A DNA stretch of 37,095 bases from Oscillospiraceae bacterium. Its GTDB lineage: Bacteria > Bacillota > Clostridia > Oscillospirales > Oscillospiraceae. Position 1 is the first letter of the stretch. The number at the start of each line of letters is the position of its first letter. The notes under the pieces were generated by a model. It was not told the origin of the DNA, did not search any database, and saw nothing but the letters and a program-made list of their open reading frames with translations. Positions 6,748-13,638 of the stretch are shown in pieces. A program made the translations under genes and the position numbers. The stretch is taken from assembly GCA_045615725.1 (NCBI GenBank), contig JAZLFI010000127.1, forward strand, positions 1 to 37,095, given 5' to 3'.

Positions 6748-8142
6748 TCACATATTATAGGATTTGACGTGTTTTTTTCTTGTTTTATTCTTTTTGACGT
6801 GACCTTTTTTCTTTGCACCTTTCTTTGCAATAGAGGAGAAGATAACAAATATAATTGCTGCGATTGTAAGAGCAACCAGTGCCTTGAACTGAAGGTCACC
6901 CGAGTAGGTGTAAACTATGTCCTCGGGGGCAACATCGGCGGTGGAAATGACGTTGCGGGTCTGGAATATGTAATCAGTGTAGCCCTTGACGTAGCCGATT
7001 GCGTTTGCTGCAACCGCTAAAACCGCGCTTATAATGCCGAGGTTTCTGCCTGTCTTGACACCGCCTGTAATTGCGGCAACAAATCCGAAGATACCTGCGA
7101 TAAGACCGAGAATTGAAGCAACAGCGGCAACTGCGTAGGTCGCGACTCTGCCGTAAAGCTCATCGGTAACGGGACCTTCCTGCATGTCGAGATATTCCTC
7201 TGCCTTGTCGCAAAGCAGTGTGCAGGCATCGAGGTCAACAAATTCACAGTCACGGAACTTGACGGGATTGCCTTCCTCATCGAGGAGATAGAGGCTGAAG
7301 TCCTCACCGAGCATGGTTCTGAGAGAGGGGGATACCTCCTCGCCACTGCGCCTTACTGCGGCACCCATGCCTTCGAGAAGCTGATTCATACCGTCTGCAA
7401 GAGCGGCTTCGCCATCCTCATACATGGTGAGCTGTGCGTTGCCCTCTTCAAGCTGCTTTTTACCTTCTTCAAGCTGCTGCTGACCTGCGGCATAGTCTGC
7501 ATAGCCTGCGGCAAGCTCAGCTTTGCCCTGATTGAGTGCGGCAAGACCGTCCTCATATTCCTTGAGCTGTGCTTTGCCGTCGGTAACCATATTCTGAACA
7601 CTGCCTGCAAGGTCATTGCTGTCCTCGGGAATTTCAATGCCGTTTTCGCCTGCAATGGGTCTGACTTTATCCGCCACCCATTCCTGAGCCTTTCCGAAGG
7701 CCTTGTTGTCGGAAAGATTCTCGTCGCGGAATTCGACGAATTTATCAACATAGGGCATAACGGGCTCAATCTGCTCAAGAGATGCTTTGCCTTCGTTGTA
7801 GGCGTCGGTGTTTGCGTCAATCTGAGCCTGACCTTCGGCAACTGCGGCTTCGCCTGCGGCTAACTGAGCTGCGCCTGCGGCGAGCTGAATTTTGCCGTTT
7901 TCAAGCTCAACCTTGCCCGATTCAAAGGCGCCAACGCCCTCGGTATAGGCAAGCTCATTTTCCTCAAGCTGTTCTATGCCGGCGCGCGCTTCTTCAAGAC
8001 CTGCCAAAGCATCTTCCTTATCGGAAGTTTTGTAGTCCTGAATATTCTGTATGTCCTGAAGACCGCCGAGGCATCCGTAAATGCTGAACAGGCAGGCGAG
8101 GACGAGAATGATACTGCAAAGAGCAAGCAGAACTCTCTTCAT
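6748..8142 (-). CDS. Membrane protein with long extracellular coiled coil (Leu-x-x-Gly heptad repeats, YhgE/Pip-like flavour) and Lys-rich tail
   Basis: Start moved to the ATG at 8142 (MKRVLLALCSIILV...), which has GGAGG 8 nt upstream. Contains an N-terminal TM, repeats such as QLAAGAAQLAAGEAAVAEGQAQI and AELAAGYADYAAGQQQLEEGKKQLEEGNAQL, C-terminal TM helices, and the tail KKGAKKKGHVKKNKTRKKHVK. Confidence 0.7.
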   Translation of the reverse strand: MKRVLLALCSIILVLACLFSIYGCLGGLQDIQNIQDYKTSDKEDALAGLEEARAGIEQLEENELAYTEGVGAFESGKVELENGKIQLAAGAAQLAAGEAAVAEGQAQIDANTDAYNEGKASLEQIEPVMPYVDKFVEFRDENLSDNKAFGKAQEWVADKVRPIAGENGIEIPEDSNDLAGSVQNMVTDGKAQLKEYEDGLAALNQGKAELAAGYADYAAGQQQLEEGKKQLEEGNAQLTMYEDGEAALADGMNQLLEGMGAAVRRSGEEVSPSLRTMLGEDFSLYLLDEEGNPVKFRDCEFVDLDACTLLCDKAEEYLDMQEGPVTDELYGRVATYAVAAVASILGLIAGIFGFVAAITGGVKTGRNLGIISAVLAVAANAIGYVKGYTDYIFQTRNVISTADVAPEDIVYTYSGDLQFKALVALTIAAIIFVIFSSIAKKGAKKKGHVKKNKTRKKHVKSYNM

Positions 8143-8249
8143 AATGTACCTCCAAGTGAAAAAACGAATTTCTGTCACTAATCTAGCTATCAATTATTAA
8201 AATATCATAAAAATTTCTGATTAGAAAGACAAATTACAAAAATTCCCGA

Positions 8250-8277
8250 TAAAAAATCCCCTCGAATGAGGGGATTT
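8250..8277 (-). terminator. Rho-independent terminator after the C11 protease gene
   Basis: On the minus strand: AAATCCCCTC-ATTC-GAGGGGATTT followed by TTTTTAT. Confidence 0.7.
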
Positions 8278-8283
8278 CTGTTT

Positions 8284-10704
8284 TTAATCAACGGGAAGCC
8301 AGTAGTGGTTGCCGTAAATATCGGTCAGACGGTAGGTTACGCTGAGACTGTCGGCGCTGAGCTCAAGGTTGCGGAGCTTAAGACCGCCCGAGGGAACAGT
8401 AAAGCTGTTTCCCAGGGAATACGTAGCGGAATAACTTCCGTCGAGGTTGTAGTAGTCGCAGAGAAGAACGATTCTGTCGCCCTGCTCAACGGGGATGTTG
8501 CCCTTTGCCTCAACGCCGATATTTTCATCCTCGTACAGAGGATATGCACCGGTTACTGTGCCTTCGGGATGCTCAGTGTCGAACACAACCTGAAGATTTA
8601 CTGCTTCGCCGTTCAGCATAGCAGGGATGCGTCCGACGGTGGACCATGTTCCGTCGTCAAGCTGAGTATCGGAAACAAGGTAGTATGCGCAGACCTGACC
8701 GTTTAAGGTGAGCCATGTTCCGTCGTATTCAAGAAGCAGGTCATCGTTATACCAGTCAAAGGTGTTGTCGAGACCGAGGTCGATGTATCCGTCGCCGTCC
8801 TCAACAAAGACGTTGAGCTCAACGGTCTGAATGAGGCTCCATTCGTCGTCGGTCAGATTAAGAACGCTTCTGCCGCTATTTACACTGGGAGTGATGCGCG
8901 CGGGGTTAATGTAGTTTGCGGCGATAGCTCTTGCGTTGTCAGCAATAAGCTCTGTGTTAACCCAGCTGTATTCATCGGGCATACTGCGTCCTGAGAAGGC
9001 GCTGAGCACGTTTATGATTGTTGCAGGGTCAATGCTCATGCCGGCGGAAGAACTGCTCTGAGAGCTCTGTGAGCCTAAGAGAGTTCCCGTCAGAACGCTG
9101 AGGGGAGAGGTGGAGGAGCCGTTGCCCATGTATGCGGAGAGCAGAGTGCCGAGAAGGTCGCCGCCTGAAATGGAGGTGCCGCCGGGGATCTGGGATGCGC
9201 CTGCTGCAATCTGACCGCCGTATTCAAGGCTTGCAAAGGACTTGATGCATTCGGCGTATTCTCCGTCAATGCCGATATCCTGATATGAGGAAAGGGCACT
9301 GCCCACGGACTTGGTGCTTTCGTACGGGAAGTAGATGCTGATGCCGTTGCAGCGGGAAATGCTGGAGCGGTTATATTTTACACAGCCCTGAAGTACGTCA
9401 GCGAGCTTCTTTGATTCGGCTGTGCCGATGCGCTGAGCAAGGTCAACCAGGTCGACCTGATTAAGTCTGTTGCTCTGAGCAAACTGTCTTACGCCTGCGC
9501 GGGCATTGGAAACCTGCTCATAGTTATTTGACTGCAGAAGCTCGTTTGTTGATGCCGCAAAGTTTTTGAAAGAGCTGGGAACTGTGCCGCTGAGTTCTGC
9601 CAGGTCAACCAGAGAAAGGGTTACGGTTGCACTGGGGGAGGAGGAACGGCTTGAGGAGATAAAGTCGTCGATAATAGTCTTTGCAAGCTCGACGGTGGGA
9701 ATAGAGGTGTTTTTGGAAAGCTGGTTGAGCCAGTTGGTGTAGTACCAGCCAGTTCCGGGCTCGGTTTCCTCGGATGCCAGCAGATAGTCTGCATAAGGCT
9801 CGCAGACCAGCGCGTTCTCCAGAGTTGCCATGAGACATGCGTCAAAGCCAATACAGTCGAACTTACAGCCTGCGGATTTGAGCGCGGTGCTTATCTTTGC
9901 CAGAGTCATTGAAGAAGCCCCGGGATTCTTTTCATCATAGCCGTAGCCTGTGATAGAACCGCCGCCGTGGTCCCAGAATATGAGCATATTGCGGTCGGCA
10001 GGGTAGTTCTTATTGCAGTATTTGATGAAGTCGGAAAGATTGTCGGGACTGGTCATTGCGGAACGACCGACATTATCCTCAAGAAGCTTGATTCCGCCGC
10101 TTTCAACCTTGTAAATCTGGTTTACAGAGTTTGAAATGACATTGTTGCGCCACTGACTGCATCCGCCGGTCTCAACGATGATATTGACCTTGTTGGAAAT
10201 TTCAGCATTCAGCATTTCCTGAAGGTCCTTGGTCGCCATGCCGTGCTTTGACTCAAGGTCTGTGCCGCACATATAAACCATAATGGTGACCTTGTCGTTG
10301 CCATTGCCGACGGGGGTATAGAATTTACTTCTTGCGCTGGAGTCTACCGACAGGTCAAGCTGAGAGTCGGACTGGAAGCTTTCGGTGTGATAGGACGATG
10401 AACTGGACGTATCCGTGTATGAGCCCAGGTCGTAGCCGCTTCCGAGAAGACTGAAGCCACAGCTTTTCAGCAGGAATATTGCAATGATTGCAACAATAAT
10501 AAGAGTAAGAAGACTTTTGGGGCTGAGTCTGAGAGTGGGGACACTCTGTCCGCCCGGATATGATGCTCGGTTACCCTGTGCGCCGCCTCTGCCGCCGTTT
10601 CCGGCGGGACGGTAGCCTGTATTTACCTGACTGCCTCTGCCTGCACTGGCAGAGCCTGAACCGACAGTTTTCTGCCGGCTGTGGGGTCTTTGATTCTGGT
10701 CCAT
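8284..10704 (-). CDS. Membrane-anchored peptidase C11 (clostripain-like cysteine protease) with a large C-terminal extension
   Basis: His/Cys dyad context LIFWDHGGGSITGYGYD and CIGFDACLMATLE, with upstream VTIMVYMCGTDLES, all typical of C11. N-terminal Gly/Arg-rich segment followed by one TM (LLTLIIVAIIAIFLL). GAGGAA RBS lies 7 nt upstream. Confidence 0.85.
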   Translation of the reverse strand: MDQNQRPHSRQKTVGSGSASAGRGSQVNTGYRPAGNGGRGGAQGNRASYPGGQSVPTLRLSPKSLLTLIIVAIIAIFLLKSCGFSLLGSGYDLGSYTDTSSSSSYHTESFQSDSQLDLSVDSSARSKFYTPVGNGNDKVTIMVYMCGTDLESKHGMATKDLQEMLNAEISNKVNIIVETGGCSQWRNNVISNSVNQIYKVESGGIKLLEDNVGRSAMTSPDNLSDFIKYCNKNYPADRNMLIFWDHGGGSITGYGYDEKNPGASSMTLAKISTALKSAGCKFDCIGFDACLMATLENALVCEPYADYLLASEETEPGTGWYYTNWLNQLSKNTSIPTVELAKTIIDDFISSSRSSSPSATVTLSLVDLAELSGTVPSSFKNFAASTNELLQSNNYEQVSNARAGVRQFAQSNRLNQVDLVDLAQRIGTAESKKLADVLQGCVKYNRSSISRCNGISIYFPYESTKSVGSALSSYQDIGIDGEYAECIKSFASLEYGGQIAAGASQIPGGTSISGGDLLGTLLSAYMGNGSSTSPLSVLTGTLLGSQSSQSSSSAGMSIDPATIINVLSAFSGRSMPDEYSWVNTELIADNARAIAANYINPARITPSVNSGRSVLNLTDDEWSLIQTVELNVFVEDGDGYIDLGLDNTFDWYNDDLLLEYDGTWLTLNGQVCAYYLVSDTQLDDGTWSTVGRIPAMLNGEAVNLQVVFDTEHPEGTVTGAYPLYEDENIGVEAKGNIPVEQGDRIVLLCDYYNLDGSYSATYSLGNSFTVPSGGLKLRNLELSADSLSVTYRLTDIYGNHYWLPVD

Positions 10705-10768
10705 AGTTTATTCCTCAATTTCTATAAACATATGTTGATATTATACAGTAAAACTTGCCTTTGAGCAA

Positions 10769-10802
10769 TAAAAAATCCCGAAAGCATCAAGCTTTCGGGA
10801 TT
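10769..10802 (-). terminator. Rho-independent terminator after the SGNH-SLH gene
   Basis: On the minus strand: AATCCCGAAAGC-TTGAT-GCTTTCGGGATT followed by TTTTATT. Confidence 0.7.
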
Positions 10803-10814
10803 AAATAATTCTGA

Positions 10815-12413
10815 TTATGCCATGTCGCGGTAGATGAAGGTTACAACCTGACCGCGGGTGCAGTCTTCGTCGGGCTGGAAGTGGGTGGAATCAACACCCT
10901 TGGTGATGCCCTTAGCTGCTGCCCAAAGGATTGCATCGGTGTAAGCACCGTTTTCGGGAACGTCAATGAAGGGATTGGTGCTGTTAACGCTCTTTGAGCC
11001 CTCATAACGCCAGAGGAAGGTTACGAACTGCGCTCTGCTTACGTTTTCATTGGGCTTGAAGTGAGTTGCGTCATAGCCCTTTGCGATGCCCTTTTCAGCA
11101 GCCCAGATGATTGCCTTGTAGTAGGGGCTGGAAGAGGAAACATCGGTGAAGGGGCAGCCTCCCTTAACCTCGGGGCAGCCTGCCGCACGCCAGAGGAAGG
11201 TTACAACCTGACCGCGGGTGCAGGAGTCATTGGGACCGAAGGTGGTGGAGTCATAGCCGTTTGCAATGCCCTTGCTGTGTGCCCACTCAACCGCGTCGTA
11301 GCAGTATGTGCCTTTGTAAACGTCATTGAAGGAACCGTGGTCGGAGCCGGAGTAAGAACCGCCGCTGATATTTGCCAGAACTGCAAGATCAAGGTCAGCA
11401 ATCATTCTGTGGCCTTCCGCAGTGGGATGGGGGTTGAATCCGCTGTCGTCCAGAGTCAGGTTCTCGTACAGAGGCAGGGTGGACTGGGTGTTGATAAGAG
11501 GAATATCTCTTTCTTCAACGTAGTAGTAGTTGGGATAAACGGCAGTGAAGGATTCCTTATAAGAATTCAAAGCATCATAGAAGGGCTGGAGAACGTGTTC
11601 AATGGAGTTGTCTCCGGGAACAAGGCTCCAACCTCTGGTGGGGTTGTACATGCCGTTTGCAATAATGGTTACATCGGGGTTGAGCTCGTAGATGCGCTCA
11701 AGAATTGCCGCATAGTTAATCTGATAGTCAGCAAGGAACTTAAGTACTGCTCTGTCCCATTCTGCCCAGTACTGAACCCAGTTCTGGGGATGGGTAAGCC
11801 ATGCAACGAGATAGGACATTACGTTATTAATAACAACGGGAACAGGTCCGTATCTGTCAACATACTCTTTGAGCTGGTATCCGTCGGAGCCGAAGCGTCC
11901 GTCAGCTGCCTGATCGTAGATGGTTGCGATGGTGGGGAGCCAGATATCATCAAAGCCGATGTCAAGGATAAGGAGGTCAGCATCCTGAACTGCCTTTATG
12001 TAGTCGGGACGAAGCTTTGCAATCTTAGCGGGGGTAATCTCACCCTCAGAGAGAGTTGCCATTACACCGTCATTTACGAGGTCATCGCCGGTGTAGCTCG
12101 CATCGAGGAGCATACGGAGCTCGCAGGAGCGAATACCGGAAGCACCGTAGGAGTAGAGCGTCTGTGCACCTGCGTCTTTAGCAACCAGGTCGGGGTAGGA
12201 ACCGTCAATACGGGTTTCCCATACAACGAGCTTGTTGTACTTGGCATAGTCGGGAAGACCGTAGCCGGAGCTTGCGGAGTCACCCAGGCAGGTGATGGTC
12301 TTGTACTTGCCGTAGTAGCTGGCATTATTGTTGCCCGCTGCCATTGCTGCGGTGCAGAACAGAGAAGCAACAAGGATTACCGCGAGAACGACGGATACGA
12401 TTCTTTTTTTCAA
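10815..12413 (-). CDS. Secreted SGNH/GDSL-family esterase/lipase with three C-terminal SLH repeats
   Basis: Signal peptide MKKRIVSVVLAVILVASLFCTAAMA, block I ITCLGDSASSGYG, late HP..EGH motif, then 3 SLH-like repeats (F.DV...Y..A..WA...GI..G......F.P...CTRGQ.VTFLWR). The start codon is TTG (12413-12411), with AAGGGA ~10 nt upstream. The only upstream ATG is followed by an in-frame stop. Confidence 0.85.
   Translation of the reverse strand: MKKRIVSVVLAVILVASLFCTAAMAAGNNNASYYGKYKTITCLGDSASSGYGLPDYAKYNKLVVWETRIDGSYPDLVAKDAGAQTLYSYGASGIRSCELRMLLDASYTGDDLVNDGVMATLSEGEITPAKIAKLRPDYIKAVQDADLLILDIGFDDIWLPTIATIYDQAADGRFGSDGYQLKEYVDRYGPVPVVINNVMSYLVAWLTHPQNWVQYWAEWDRAVLKFLADYQINYAAILERIYELNPDVTIIANGMYNPTRGWSLVPGDNSIEHVLQPFYDALNSYKESFTAVYPNYYYVEERDIPLINTQSTLPLYENLTLDDSGFNPHPTAEGHRMIADLDLAVLANISGGSYSGSDHGSFNDVYKGTYCYDAVEWAHSKGIANGYDSTTFGPNDSCTRGQVVTFLWRAAGCPEVKGGCPFTDVSSSSPYYKAIIWAAEKGIAKGYDATHFKPNENVSRAQFVTFLWRYEGSKSVNSTNPFIDVPENGAYTDAILWAAAKGITKGVDSTHFQPDEDCTRGQVVTFIYRDMA
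10818..11333 (-). repeat. SLH triple-repeat module, left arm of a ~0.5 kb inverted repeat with 15166-15681
   Basis: The last 48 nt of both genes match at 46/48. The reverse complement of 11188-11224 matches 15275-15311 at 36/37. Both proteins end in CTRGQVVTFIYRDMA. Confidence 0.8.
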
Positions 12414-12434
12414 GTCAATGCATCCCTTTCAGAA

Positions 12435-13199
12435 TTAGTTATAAATGCGGTGAAGGTTTTCGAGTTCCATAACAATTCTAGGAATTATAACATCTCCGTC
12501 CTCGAGAGTCAAGATGGGAATAGCAGCTGCAGTGATGGGAACCATAACAACGACAGCCAGATTTACAACACCCTGGATAACGAGGAGCAGTGCGGTGTTG
12601 GATGCGTTGATGCCGGTGAGAGCGGTGCTGTAAACTGCGATCTTACCGAAATCGCCGGTTGCATTGTAGAGAGCACCGACAACGGGAATGGAAGAAATGG
12701 TATCGCTGATTGCACGTGCAGATGCCATGCCGTCGTCAGCATAGTCAAGAGCGGTAGCAGCGAGGTTTCTCTGGAGAGCGCTGTCAAATGCGCCGAGCAT
12801 ACTGCCGGGGATCATGAAAGCAACATCCATAACGCCCTGAGCGTTGCGGTTTGCGGCCTCACCGAGAATGGTGGGGAGATAGTACCAGGGAGTGGTGGAG
12901 TAGTAATATACGGAAGTGTTGCCAATGGAGCTGTTCTGAGCTGCGTTGTAGTTCGTTACAGGCTCAACAGCGGTAGCTTTCCAGTTATCATCGGTCTTGG
13001 CAATGTCGCCGATAGAGGGAATAACGGGTCTTCCTGCAATTGAGGGAACAGCAGCAACAGCATTGTCCATGACCTGCTCAGCAATGTTTTCCACAATATT
13101 CCACTTGGCTGCGGCTGCAAAAGCAGCGGTGCTTGCGAAGCAGCATACCAGGAGAACGACGGTAAGCATTATCGCAATAATACGCTTAGAATGGTTCAT
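12435..13199 (-). CDS. Secreted hypothetical protein, co-transcribed with the SGNH-SLH esterase
   Basis: Start moved to the ATG at 13199 (MNHSKRIIAIMLTVVLLVCCFASTAAFAAA, a signal peptide), with GGAGG 9 nt upstream. Only 21 nt separate it from the downstream gene. I recognise no family motif. Confidence 0.65.
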   Translation of the reverse strand: MNHSKRIIAIMLTVVLLVCCFASTAAFAAAAKWNIVENIAEQVMDNAVAAVPSIAGRPVIPSIGDIAKTDDNWKATAVEPVTNYNAAQNSSIGNTSVYYYSTTPWYYLPTILGEAANRNAQGVMDVAFMIPGSMLGAFDSALQRNLAATALDYADDGMASARAISDTISSIPVVGALYNATGDFGKIAVYSTALTGINASNTALLLVIQGVVNLAVVVMVPITAAAIPILTLEDGDVIIPRIVMELENLHRIYN

Positions 13200-13449
13200 A
13201 TTTTTACCTCCAAAATGATTTCCCAATAAAATGTTCTGAAAGATTGACAAAAATGCATCAAATCTCGTTCTTTTTTTATCAAAACATTTATAATTATACA
13301 AAAAGTTTAACCTTGCGTATTATACTTTAATGTAAGTGTTACGGACAATTGGTAAAATTGCAAAATATTTTGTCATTTTTAAATAGATATTATCTATTGT
13401 AAACAAAAAGATGAAATACCAAAAAATGTTAATAAACACGGTACGGGAA

Positions 13450-13471
13450 TTATGTGCATTCCTGCACATAA
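13450..13471. promoter_or_regulatory. Inverted repeat TTATGTGCA-TTCC-TGCACATAA in the long divergent intergenic region
   Basis: Perfect 9-nt arms. A third TGCACATAA half-site lies at 13507-13515. Confidence 0.3.
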
Positions 13472-13562
13472 ACGCGCTCGACGTCTGTACAAAAACCTTG
13501 GTATTCTGCACATAAATTACGCTTAATGTCCACAGAAAAGATTGCAAATCTTTGCGCAATCG

Positions 13563-13591
13563 TTGAGTTTTATCTATATTTATTGTATAAT
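13563..13591 (+). promoter_or_regulatory. Sigma-A-like promoter of the lipase-SLH gene
   Basis: TTGAGT (13563-13568), 17-nt spacer, TATAAT (13586-13591). It lies ~47 nt upstream of the ATG at 13639. Confidence 0.5.
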
Positions 13592-13638
13592 ATCGCCATA
13601 GAGCAAATAGTTTGCCAATTCTACAGAGGAGAATAAGC

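Noticed and set aside
11061-13043. 660-aa open reading frame on the plus strand, spanning two minus-strand genes and their spacer
   Set aside because: Its translation is low-complexity (V/G/A/N/C/S-rich) with no recognisable motif. It has a GTG start and no RBS. It lies antisense to genes with clear SGNH, SLH and signal-peptide features. Long antisense frames are expected when sense genes avoid TTA, CTA and TCA codons.
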